Shown here in pieces: positions 37,161-49,698 of a DNA stretch of 64,000 bases; position 1 is the stretch's first letter, and every line of letters begins with the position of its first letter. The position numbers and the translations under genes were made by a program. Source of the stretch: Amoebophrya sp. A120 (taxonomy: Eukaryota; Protista; Dinoflagellata); contig CAJINV010000023.1 in assembly GCA_905178155.1 (NCBI GenBank), positions 455,610 to 519,609 on the forward strand. Reading direction: 5' to 3'. The notes under the pieces are model-generated. The model did no database searches, was not told the DNA's origin, and saw only the letters and a list, made by a program, of their open reading frames with translations.

Positions 37161-40100
37161 GTAGAGAATTATATTGAAGAGATGTTGAAGGTCATCGTGC
37201 CCGACATCACTGCGATGAAAGAGCGCCATCACTTCGCATCCGGTGTCTTTGCAAAGATCGGCCAGATTTGTGCATTCACAATCAGGAATTCAAGCACTTC
37301 GACTCATTTTCCCCTGCTGTATTCTGGGACTTTGTGAAACAGACCGCAGGTGGGTCGAAAACCCACTGTATACGAGTGGGGTGTGCGCATTATCTATACG
37401 GACTCGAGCCTGTCGATGCAGTTTTGCGCCATTGTAGATGGTCCGCGGAGGATTTACTCTGCTACTACAACCGTATGGCGCTGTAGCTCTTGGCCGAAAT
37501 TATATGCACTCTTCACTGCGGAGGTTTCCGCTATGAAGGCCTGTCAGGCTTTCTGTTCGCACTGTCTGTTCCACAAGCACAAATGGGTGTCTTTATGTGG
37601 TTTTTCTTCCTCTTCTTCTTGTGCTTCACCTATTCTTTTTGTTCGCACCAACGGGCCTTGCTTCCTCCGTCACCGGGGTTGTCAATTTTGGTCTGACGAC
37701 CCACGTTCGTTTGCTCGGCCCGTTGTTGCTTCAGACAGATTTTGTTTTATAAAAGTTATGGTTTGTGTGATGAAGAAAGCGCAACGAGCCTAGCGAAGCG
37801 GCTCCTGGTGGTTTTGCGCGAACACAAAGCGCGTTTTTATAAAATTAAAGCCTCCTACCCGTTGTCGTTGTTGGTCCCGGGAAGACCCAAAACTCGAGGC
37901 CGTCGGTCGATTCGATGTCATTGATGATTTTTTTTGTCCCGCCCGTCCCTTCCCTGTCTTACTTTCTTTCGTCCTTTCTGCCTGAAGCAAAACCTCCTCC
38001 CGCGGGAGGAGGGGGGTTGTCAATTTTGGTCTGACGACCCACGTTCGTTTGCTCGGCCCGTTGTTGCTTCAGACAGATTTTGTTTTATAAAATAGAGAAT
38101 TATATTGAAGAGATGTTGAAGGTCATCGTGCCCGACATGTTTATTTTCGCCCGTCTGGCTGGTGAAAATGGAGACTTTGATTCGAGATTTTGTTTTTGTC
38201 CAGAGTTCGCCGTGCGCGTCAACAGTTATGACCCATCTTATCAAAGAAAAAAAGTTGGTTCGTCACGATCACTCATGCGCATTCTTGCAATACAAAATTG
38301 TTTGTCATGCGTAAAAATGCATCACAGCCAAACTTTATTAGGAATTTCCCTAGTGTTTCTGCAATACGAGGAAAGTTTGTGATGCTGAGAAAATTTGTAA
38401 TGCAAAGCCTGCAAGTTAGTGACTGTGACAAACTTTTTTCTCTCCATAGACAACGTATATGACCTGCTCAAACGTTACATTCTCAAATCGGTTACCATAG
38501 AATCTGGAATTTGTGTTGGATGATGAGCATGACAGACGCGCAGACCCTTCCACTTTCTGCAATACAAATTTTGCCAGATTCTAGTGCAGATTTGGACTCC
38601 AGAACTTGTCATGCGCAATCCTGTGGGAGTAGGGTAGATCATGCACTTCTTGCAGCACAGATTTCCATATTCTATTGTAGCGTTTGATGAGATTGTAGAG
38701 GTAGAGAATTATATTGAAGAGATGTTGAAGGTCATCGTGCCCGACATGTTTATTTTCGCCCGTCTGGCTGGTGAAAATGGAGACTTTGATTCGAGATTTT
38801 GTTTTTGTCCAGAGTTCGCCGTGCGCGTCAACAGGATGGAGACCTGATGGCGGGGCTTTGCAAGCCTTGTAGCGGCGCTCGGAAGGGGCGTGGCGGGCAT
38901 GGTGCCGAAGGTGCGGAGGCCACTATTATGAAAGAGGGCGCCATAGCATCGCGATTCGTGATTTTCCATTGTTCTTGAGCATACCGTCGCGCTTGGCCGA
39001 TTTCGGCTCCTGAAGGGGGTCAATCCGGGACCTCCTTTTTGGCCTCCCCCGAGAGCCGGAACCACGACGGTATGCTGGATCTCGATAGAGGTCCTTTTTG
39101 AAGGGTTTCGGCGATTCAAAAGGACCTCATTTGAGTCGCCGAATTGCAAAGCCGTGGAATTTGTATTTTCCGCCTTACATTCTATTCAAAAAGTGCCGCG
39201 ATCAGCTCTTTTTGTGCAGGTTTTTGGCGGATACGCGGCGGCACGCGGCTGATGCACGACGCCAAAGCTGAAGAAATACAGGCGGAGCCCCGTGCTGTTG
39301 CTCAATAAACTTTGGCGGCCAGAAGAAAAGGGCCACGAACAAAAAGGCAGCCAGCCAGAGACGAGGGTCTTCCACTGGTGGGGGGACCGGCAAACGCTGC
39401 CCCACCGATCACAGGCACCTACAGGAAAGGCGCAGAAGCTGCCGTCGGGTGGGCTCAAGTGGAGATATAGCACATTGTAAGCCCGGCCAAGGCGGCATGC
39501 TCAGCAGCGCACTTGGAAAGTTGCCAAAAGTCCGCACCGCTAGCACCGGGCCCCTGGGTAGCATAGCGGCGCAAGCGTCATGTGCTTTTATTCGGTGGCG
39601 CTGCGCCATGTTTGGCAATGCGGCCGCAGCGCGTCGTGTTTTTCCCTCTCCCGGTGGCAACGCCCGTAGCCCAAACTGAAATCGGCCACGCCGCCTTCCA
39701 TCCTCCACAAGAGGTCTGGCGGACTTTTCGTGGCCCGCAACCAAACGATATGACGAGAGTAGCCCGCAACCAAACGAAAAAGCAAAACGGATGACGAGAG
39801 TGGCGCGGCATTGTTTCGGGGTTGGGGCCCCCACTACACAACGGCGGGCGCGTTTTTCGTCGCTAGGCTTTCGGCCCCTTATTCTTTGTATCTATGCGAG
39901 AAAAACCGCGCAGGAGACAACGCCACCTAGGCGGCGGCAGAATAATGGGCCGCGCGTTGGCGCCACTCTGACTAGCTCCGGTTGGGGACGGCCCTGCTTT
40001 TTTAGGTGCATAGCCCGTCGCCTCTCTGCCGCCGCTCACGTGAAGCCGCTATTTCCGACAGCGGTTGCGCCTACGTTTTGGGGCCAAGTAGTGGAGGGTG

Positions 40101-41300
40101 TGGGCCTGAGAGGCATCTGTTGGATCGCCTACTCTGTTGGCCCTTGCTTCTTCAAATGCTTCGGGTTTATGAATGCAGGCGCTCGCCTTACACTTAGTTT
40201 TATTGCGTTCACATATTCCAAGTCAACTAGTTCAAGTTGAGATCGGCCTAGCGATTTCATTGGGTGCTCTTTTTTGGCGACGTTCCGGCGACCGTGAAAA
40301 ATATCAAAAATCATGACAAAAAGTGGCGGCTTTTATTTGGAAATCAAATGGTCAATGAAAGAAGATAAAAAATTTTTGAATCCGCTAACTTTGAATCGCT
40401 CAGTCCATCTCATATTCGAGATTTTGTTTTTGTCCAAAGTTCGCCGTGCGGGTCAACAGTTATGATCCATCTATGGGGTTACGAAGATGCTTTTGGTTAA
40501 CTCAAAGTTAAGGGATTTATTTCTTACCTTTCCGGATTGATATGCGAAAACCGAATTTCTCGGGTGATTGTAGTGGAGCGAAAAATAAGAAGAAACGGCT
40601 CCAAAAATGCACGGGCTGCTCAGCAAGGTTGTATGGAGCCGCCCCATATCTTCAGCGCGGAAACATGGCTACGCGACGCGGGTTTGTTGGTTTACAACGC
40701 CAGCCCAAGGGCCCAAAGTGGTGACCCATGTTGCCGTGGCGCCGATCGGGGCCGCGGTAGAAGCGCGTGCCCGCATCGCACCCGGCCACGAATGCAAACG
40801 GGCGAGCCGCCAGTTTACATCCCCGGGCGGAACGCGTCCGCGTGCGGCGCATCTGTGCGCGCACATAAAAACAAGCGCCCCCATATGAGCCACCACGGCA
40901 GGCTGCGCAATTCGGTGGCAGCCCCGGCAAAGTAAGTGGCCCCGCGCTCGGTCGTCGGTGTGCACTCAGTTGCGCGCGCGCCGGGCATTAGACAAGCAAA
41001 AAGGCCCATACCTACCTGCGCGCCGGCGCAAAGGGCGGGGCGACCGATCCGGCGCTCCAGAGCAAACAAAAGAGCAGGGGGGCCAGCGCTCTGGCAGATC
41101 CCTCTGCCGCCCGCCTGGCAACGGGCGGCGCCCCCACGCCTCCGTCGCCTGCGGGGCACGGCCGATGGGGCTCAACAATATCAATACTGGGCCCAAGCCC
41201 GGGCGCCGGGCCCCTTCCAGAGCCCAAGCCCAAGCGCCGGGCGTCGAGATTTTGTTTTTGTCCAAAGTTCGCTGTGCGCGTCAACAGTTATGATCCATCT
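37161..41300. repeat. Intergenic mosaic of chained 45-135-bp direct repeats separated by unique inserts
   Basis: tagagaattatattgaagagatgttgaaggtcatcgtgcccgacat at ~37162, 38093, 38702; 80-bp repeat 37675-37754/38013-38092; tcgagattttgtttttgtcca.agttcgc.gtgcg.gtcaacag at ~38182, 38791, 40416, 41244. Confidence 0.85.
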
Positions 41301-41904
41301 TCACTTGACGGAAGTTTAATATTTGTTCTCCTGGAGGCCAGAGACTAGATTGCGCAGTGCAAGAAAGATATAAAGCGATTCGGTTCAATACGTAGACGTG
41401 AGGTCACACACGAACGTTTTAATCTAGCGGCTTTTTTGCCATGCATCGTGAAAAACGACTGGCAGTAGTTTTCAAGCGGCCGGAAGTTGTGTTTTTACAC
41501 ATCATAAAAAAATAATTTGCGCTTATCAAGTGGCCGGGGCTGCGCCGGGGCAGGCAAAAGAGGCGCCCTTCTGAGGCGCCCACCGCTGTGGTTTCTGGCG
41601 GTTTGGGGCGCCCAAAATAATGCCAAGACGATAGAAACCGCCCACATTTGGGCTCCGCAAAAGTCGCCAAAAAAATCGAGCATCTTACAGGCGGGCTGAA
41701 GGCAGAAGGTTATGCCTTTTTGACAAAAAAAAAAAAACCAAAAACCCGCGCCCCGCCATAAGGTAAAAAGAGCGACTCCGTAGCCATTTTGGCTCAAGCA
41801 CCACTTCCGATAGCAGATTGGCCTTTCATGGCCATGGTCATGGGCATTGATTTAGAAACCGTTTCAAAAGCCACCCTGTTGCTAGGCCAATTTCACTCCG
41901 AAGG

Positions 41905-44900
41905 ATGGCCCTCGACGACGGCGCTGGTACAACCAGCAGACCACTGCGAGGACCACGCCCGCACCAGTCTACTTGGCTGGGCTTTTCGGTGCTAGGCATA
42001 TTAATGTATGTCTGTCGGCCGCCCTCGTGCGGGCTTGTGCGTCGGTCCGGCACCTTCGGTGCTGGGTCCATTGTATACCGCCGCCGCAGACTTGTTGCGC
42101 ACCTCCAACAAGGGGCCCCAACATCTTCGACACTAAGAAGCGACTACCGGTCACTGATCTTTAACAAACAGGTCGCGCCGGCCGAGCAGGAGGTGCAGCA
42201 GAAGTTGATGCCGCGGACTTCCTCCGAGGCGGATCGTCAACAACCTCCCGAGCTGCCTTCCACTGACGGAACAACTAGCACGACCTGGGTAATGCTAATC
42301 GGGGACAGCAACATTCGGGGAACCACGCTCCGGCTTTTGGAGCTGATCAGCCCTATCAAACGCAAAAATGTTTGGGTCTGGAAGGTGGTAACTTGTCATG
42401 CTAAATCCGAATGATGCAAAAATCTGTGTTGCATGAGTGGCAAAGGCTGCCCACTTTCGACCAAGTTGGGAGGGAGTTTCTCACGCAGGACAGGCATGGC
42501 AGAGACCACCTCGCAGACTCTGTCATGCTAGGCCCCGCATTCCAGACCTCATGGGTCGTGGAAAAACTGCACGACAAGTTTACACTCTTCCAGACCCAGA
42601 CATATTTTGCATTTGATCAGCCCCGACTATGTGACAAAGTGCCCTGTTTTCGATACTGACTGGTGCATCAAGGCTACCCCAGCCCAGCTCCGCGTTTGCG
42701 AGAACCTTGGCTGGGCGATATCAAAATGCAAATAACTCCTCCGTCCTTCTATTGAAAAGGAAATCTCTGTTGCTGGACTTGTGTATACAAAGCAGCTCTG
42801 TCTTGCGGTGAGGTACTGCAGGCACAGGGTGTGCAGGAGTGGTTTGGTGTAGGCGCTTAGCATAGCAGAGGCCTGCCATGTAGCCGCAACAGCATTACAA
42901 ACCGCCTGCATAGAGCGGCGCACTCTTTGGAATTGCCCTCTGCAAGAGAAACACGATTTGTGGTCACAAAGCAGCATCACAAATTTTTAGAACCATTATA
43001 CCTTTTCAGTATGGGGAGGAGGGATTTTTCCTCACAATAGGCGAATTCCTGTACCGCGTGGCGAAGAACTTGCTTGTATCAAAATGAAAAATCCCCCCTC
43101 CCCATCCTAAAAAGGGATACTCCTGAAAATTTGTGATGCTGATTTGTGACCACAAATCGTCTCTGCATTGCACGAAGGCAACTCCAGAGACTCCGCTGCG
43201 TTGTGCAGGCAATTTGTAATGCTGTATCGCCTACAGAGGACGCGCCTGCCTTGCTAGGTGCCTACACCAAAACGCCCCTCCTCAGGCTGTGCACCTGCCT
43301 GCCGTCCTCTACTGCAACACAAAGCCGATTTGTGTACACAAATCCCGCATCACAGATTTCCATTTTGATATGGGGTGGGAGGATTTTTCATTTCGATAGC
43401 TTGCGTAACACCACCGCAACTACTTCCACGGGCGAAGGAAATAACCAGGGCCAGCAGGTCGTGGAGTTGCAGAACATCTGCGGGCAGAAAGTTTGGTCTA
43501 TAACCTGCTCAGGTGTTACAATCTCAAATCGGTTACCATAGAATTACTATCTATTATATTCATGCGAAAAAAGAGGTCTACAGAGGGTCGAAGGGAGGTG
43601 GCCGAGAGGTAAAAAAGAGGTCAACAGAGGTCAAAAAGAGGTCGACAGAGGTGGAGAGGTGGCGCGGGAGGTCATTCGAGAGGGTGGCCGAGAGGGTGCG
43701 CGAGTATAGCCCGCCGAAGGACTCGCCCTAAAGCCGCGCCTATGGGGCCCGGAGGTGGCCGAGAGGGTCCCGAGAGGGTAAGCGAGAGGGGGACAGAGGT
43801 GCCGAGAGGTTGCGCGAATAAGGGCGAACCTCTCGCGCACCCTCTGGGCCACCTCTCGGCCACCTCTGAAGACCTCTACCGGCGAGTATAGCCGGATTAT
43901 TAGCAACACCTCTCGGGAGAGGTGAAAAAGAGGGCCTGCGAGAGGGTTAAAAGAAGCCGAATCCGCCCGGCGCAGGGTCGATTCTTTTGGGGCTTTTTCA
44001 TGCGTCGGCCCGCACCCTCTCGCGCCACCCTCTCGCGCCACCCTCTCGCGCACCCTCTCGCGCACCCTCTCGCGCACCCTCTCGCGTCACCCTCTCGCGC
44101 CACCCTCTCGCGCCACCCTCTCGCGCCACCCTCTCGCGCCATCGATCCTCTCGCACCACCCCCGCGCCCACAGATTCCGCCTGGGAATCAGATGGGCGGG
44201 CGCGGGAGAGTGATCAACAAAGGGCTGCGCGGTCCCCGTTTTGCTTCGGCACCTACGTCGCGGCGGCTTCCCTTCGCCCCCAAGCTTCCCTGCAGTTGCT
44301 CCCTGCGCATAGCGCCTAAAGGCGCGGGAAGCGCGCAGGGGCCCATGCGGGTTGACATGGCGCAAGCCGTCATGCGGCAGTACTTCCCTCGGCCTGTCAC
44401 GCTGCCCCCAAAGCTCTTACGTCGCGGTCCGATCAGCAAATAGTCACACCCCAGCACAACAGCCGTGCGCTCCGGCGTTAGCCGGAGCATGGCTGGTATC
44501 TGTGATGCAAGAAGTGCATTATCTAGCCAACTTGTCCCCTAAGATTGCGCATCACAAGTTCCGGGGTCGACGTCCCAAATAAACGCACTACAATTATCTG
44601 GCGAAATTTGTATTGCAGAAAGTGGAATGCTGGCCGAATCTGTCATGCTCATCATGCAATAAGTACAAAGTCCGGACTTTATGGTAACCGATTTGAGATT
44701 GTAACGTCTGAGCGGGTCATATGGTCCGACGAAAATTTCTACTTCACCGGAAAACTGGCAGCAGACGCAGTTCAGCTTGGCACCCCGACGACATATCGCA
44801 AGAAAAAACTGTTTCGCTGTGAACCTGTGATGCAGAAAATGGAACACAGAACGCTTTGTCTTGCTCCATCTGCATAGAACGTTGGACTTTCACCCGTGTT

Positions 44901-47900
44901 TTCCGTTTCCCCTATGGGAAGTGCACGCATGACAAATTTTCGGTGTCATGTGTAACAAACTTGTGATGCAGATCTTGCAAAATCATCGCAGTGAAACAGT
45001 TTTGTTTTCGTGGGATACGACAAGCAGTACCAGCACGAGTAGTAGCCGGTCGACGTCGTCCATCTCCTCGGCCTCGCTCACTATCAAATGCAAAAATGTC
45101 TGGGTCTGGAAGGATGTAACTTGTGATGCGCATTTCAGAACACACAAAAATCTGTGATGCATAGGCAGCAAGGGCTGCTGTGCTCGCTTTCTGTCACCAA
45201 AATGGGGGACTTGTCATGCGGATCCGGCATTGCGGAAGCTTCGCGAAACCTGTGATGCTAGAGCTTCCATGCCAGACCTTCTGTGTCATGCAGAAACAGC
45301 ATGACTCTTCCAGACCCAGACATTTTTGCATTTGATACTCACTGTCAGTTTCCGATTCACCAAAAGTCCAGAGGCCTTATATCAGAATGAAAAATCCCCT
45401 CTACCCGTACGCAAAGGGAGCAGATTTGTGTACGCATGATTTGTGATCACAAATCATGGTGTCATACTAGAAAGGAAGAGATGCGGTCTGCAGTGCAGGC
45501 TGGCGTGGGAAAGCGTTGCGGCTTCAGCATGAAAGGAAGCAACTGGAAACGGGAAACAGCATGACAAATTGCCTGCAAAGGAGAGAGCAACTGCGTTTCT
45601 TGGCCTTCTAGCAATACAGGTCGATTTGCGTACTCAAATACAGCAGCACAAAATTCGTTTTCGATATGGGGAGGGGGGATTTTTCCTCACAATACTTTAC
45701 GCAAAAAGATGCAGCACTTTGACGAAATCGACTATCACCCGGCCTCTGCACCGACAGCATCTACGGATGCCAAGATGCCTCCGCGCCCCTACGCGATATG
45801 GCGTTCTCAACTGTTACATTCACAACTGTTACATGAATTTGTCATGCAAAAGCACCATCATCATCCTCACGATCAAGCTGCTCCGCATGACAAACTTGCG
45901 AAGGGCTAAACCGCACCTAAATCTGTGCCGAATTTGTAATGCTGCAGGTGCAACCTTCCCCCTTTCACTTCCCCCAATTTTGCATCACAAGTTCATGTAA
46001 CAGTTGAGAATGTAACATTTGAGAACCCCATACGCGACACGAACGCCGTATGGAGGCGTCAGGATTGAAATCGTCAAAGTTGAAAAAGTTTGTGATGCAT
46101 AAAATGCAATCCGCAAAGTGCCTGTCTTGCAGAGTAGGCAAGGGAGGCAGATTGTAAGCCTGCAATAATTTGAGGGGTAGAACAAATAGCGCTGATAAAG
46201 TAGCATGACAAAAGGCGTCTTCGTTACGCAAACAGCATTACAAACTGGATTTAGGAACCACCAATAAAATTTGTCATGCGCCACTTGAAACCTGGGCTCC
46301 AACTGGCATCCATTTTATGTCGATGACAAATCATTTCTTTCAACTTTGTCGATTTCAATCCTGACACTTCCATACGCCGGACCTGGTCTGGGTCACCCAC
46401 GGGCTCTGGATGTTATGCATTGCAAAAGTATCGTACTAGTAGAAATCGCATTACAAATTCGGTCAGCATGACAAATGAAATTTGTCATGCTGTTTTACCT
46501 TGGTATAGAGATTTGTAATGCATGACTGCGATTACTACGAGTACGATACTTTTGCACAGGATAGATGTCGGACAAGTACAACGAGACCACCGTATCCTGA
46601 GTAAAAACTACGTCCTCTCCTGACAGTTGTCATGCAAATGTGCAAGAGTGACAGGAATCGATTTGTAATGCGCAGCTCCTTGAGAGGCATTTCATCCAAT
46701 CGCGTTTTGATGGCATTTGTAATGCTCAAAACGGGGTAAGAAAATGGCCTTCTGATGCGGGCTCCCTTGGTGCCAACAAGCACCGCACTGGAGAGAGAAA
46801 CTTGTCATGCCCAGCTCCCAAAACTTGGATTGTTGCTAGATTCCCAACCTGGCTATGGGGTGGGACCTGATTCTTGCTCGCGATACACCGACTGCGCATC
46901 TTGGTTTCGCCCGATCGTGGAGGCGTTTCGGGAGCTGGAGGCGACTCCTGACTTCCGCCGTCGCGGTATCACGTGTAAAAATGTCCCCAACTACGCAGAG
47001 TTGTAATGCAAATGTGCATGCTGAAAATGTTCCTCATGCGGAGACCCATGAGAAGCAGTTTTTTTTGATGTTTTGCGATTTGTGATGCTCAAATCCGCAT
47101 GGTATGTTTGTCTGTGATGATGCTCCTGCATTAGGTAAAGACCCCTACATGGAGAGCCCAAATTTGTCATGCGCAACAGCCAAAGCCGGGCGATTTGTCT
47201 AGCACATTTCCCTTCTTGACTCTGGGGTGGGGACGTTTTCGCTCACCATACACGGCGGGCGTGTGGTGTGGCAAACCAATCCCTTCGGCATTGAGCACAA
47301 GGGAATCCAGGCAAGAATATCCAGGTAAAAAACTGTGTAAGTGTAACTTTGTTGTAGGAAGAGCAGCATCACAAATTGGCTTTGCATTACAGGGAAAGCC
47401 TGTCATGCGGAGCTAGTACGTGAAAACACGTATGAAAGTGGCCCATGACGCACATCCAGCATGACAATCGTATATAGTTTTGCATTTTCTGCATCACAGA
47501 TTTACACTCACATAGTTTTTTTCTTGGATGAAGAAACGTCGATATGGAATACCAGTGTCAGCTCGAAACCATTGCAAAGCACAACTTATTACAACAAGAA
47601 GGAAGTGGTAAGCTGCCCGTCCAGACGATCTTCGGTTCAACCATGTCGCTGTGGACCTCCTGGCTCCTGGGTCGTCGTAGTTCGCAGCAGGTATCCTGAG
47701 TAAAAACGTACCCACAGCAGAGTCAGGATGGGGATTTTGCAACACAAACCTAGGAGTTTTGTGAGTCACGCATGACAAGTTGCACTCTGCAGTGTAGTGT
47801 AGGTTAGCAAGTGCATCCGCATCACAGATTCATCTGCTCATCCTGTTCACAGCATCACAAATTCCAAAACACGACTGGAAATGGCTCTCATGGGGATGCG

Positions 47901-48952
47901 CATTACAAGTCTTCCTGTCTTGTTTGCAAATCTGCATTACAACTCTGGTGTGGGTACGTTTTTACTCAGGATAGCAGGCCGGCCCCGATCAGCAGTCTAC
48001 CGCCGCAGCGGCCGGAGGTGGGCCACTAAAGTCGTTTGCGCTCTTCGACTCGTGGAGGATGATTAAAGACGGGTGTCTTTCCCTTTGGCGCCACAACTAC
48101 CACTATGACAAGACGACAGAACTCCTGATCGCGATCACCGTGCTTCGCCACCTCCTCGTCCCCCTATGAAAGTGCACAACTCCCCCTTCCCCTCATTTGT
48201 ATCGCATGAACAGCAATACAAGCGTCAGCAAGAATACAGGTTTTGCATAACAAATGTGGACAGAAGTGTAGTGCTATTTGGGCTGCCAGAACTCTTCATG
48301 CAGACACTGCCATGGGGCAAGGCGTCATAAATAAGGTATGTTGCATGACAAATGAGGGGGAGGGGGAGTTGTGCACTCTCATATCCCCAGTCGGCCAGGC
48401 AGGACGAGCTGCTCCAGGGAAGGAATTCCGCGGCTCTACCCCGCCCTATCAAATAAAGGAAAAATCCCCCCTCCCCATATCGCAACGAAGTTTCTGATGC
48501 TGGATTTCCGTACGCAAATCAGATTTGTCTTGCAGTAGAGGACTGCAGGCATAAGTCAAGCCTCGGTCGAGAGGTTTCGACGTAGGCACCTAGCATGACA
48601 AAAGTGGATGCTCTAAGCCCAACAGCATCACAAAACGCGGTTGGTTCTCTGGACTTGCCTTCTTGCAAGACAGACAAGATTTGAGGTCACAAATGTGCAT
48701 CACAAATTTTCAGACGGATGCGTTTTCAATATGGGGAGGGGAGATTTTTCTTTACGATACGCCCGCGCCTCTGTCTTCCACCGAGGATCAGGCTTTTGCC
48801 GGACGAACAAAAGTATGGCGTGGTCGATCGCTTTTTGCAGCAAGCCAGGTTTGCAGACATTTTGTTTCACCCCGATCCGCTGCAGTGGGTTCACAATAAC
48901 TGATAGTTCCGATTCATTTGGAACCACGCGGGGGCACGACACAAAAGATTGA
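41905..48952 (+). CDS. Type II membrane SGNH/PC-esterase-like protein (TBL/Cas1p-esterase-like), putative glycan O-acyl transferase or esterase, 16 introners
   Basis: TM WLGFSVLGILMYVC; WVMLIGDSNIRG (GDS nucleophile motif); PDLVWVTHGLW; RVVWQT; FALFDSWRM...HNYHY (possible variant of the DxxH motif). The frame stays open after introner removal. The last exon frame is ambiguous (stop 48903 or 48952). Confidence 0.65.
43544..44496 (+). mobile_element. Helitron-like element (family 2) nested in family H introner
   Basis: Begins A|TTACTATCTA; ends with hairpin agccgt..gctccggc/gccggagc.atggct then CTGG|T; internal (caccctctcgcg)n array ~44013-44140. Confidence 0.6.
46049..46374. mobile_element. 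Introner family K (single copy)
   Basis: ~37-bp TIR TATGGAGGCGTCAGGATTGAAATCGTCAAAGTTGAAA / TTTCAACTTTGTCGATTTCAATCCTGACACTTCCATA; repeat cgccg; removal restores RTPDLVW. Confidence 0.88.
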
Positions 48953-49698
48953 AAACGCGAAAAATCCTTTTGCGAGACAAAGATTATACTTGCTTCTTCA
49001 GATGATCACTCTTAGTAAACCCGACGTGGAAAAAAAACCGTAGAAAGAACCTATTTCAACATCTTTCAAACAACAGAGGAGTTTTTCATGCCTCCGAGTT
49101 GATGATAAATATCGGGTCGCTTTGTTGTGTTCATCCCCCTAAAGATTTAACACAAGATATGCCGTCGATCTTCTCAAAAAGCGGATCCTGCTCAGGAGAC
49201 AATAAAGAATGCCGGAGATGTTTTGGAATCCTACCGGGCCGAGGAGATGAAATATTAGTTGCAATGACTTTATTTCTACCCTACCTCATCCGGCGAACAA
49301 GCACAACAAGGTTGGCCTTCTTCTAAGTCGAGGAGGAGCTTCGTTGATTCTATTTTCATTTTATTTCACCTAGTTCCAACCAGTACATTTGACGAGTACA
49401 GTCTGTAGTTTTTTTAGAAAAATCAAAATATTATATAGCTCTAGCTAATATGAATAATGAAATATAGTAGTAGTACAATTAGACGCTCTTCGGCGTCTGG
49501 ACGTGAAATAGTAATATCGCCGGCGTCCTAGACATCACGCCGGCGCAGTTATAGTGTGGTTGTGCTGTCAATATGTTGTAAAAAACCGGTAAGAATAAGA
49601 AAGTACGATGTTTATCTAGAAATTCTTTCTCCGCGAGCAACGCGACGTCGTGGGTCGTGGAAATATCGAAATAAAGCAAAAGCGCAGGCCGCGGCGCC

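Noticed and set aside
38080-38847. Duplicated coding fragment ENYIEEMLKVIVPDMFIFARLAGENGDFDSRFCFCPEFAVRVN
   Set aside because: No family recognised, and the recurrence is explained by long target duplications; a gene relic cannot be excluded.
49505-49560. Additional Helitron-like copy (cgccggcgtcc..acgccggcg hairpin)
   Set aside because: Only a degraded 3' hairpin is visible; no matching 5' end was found.
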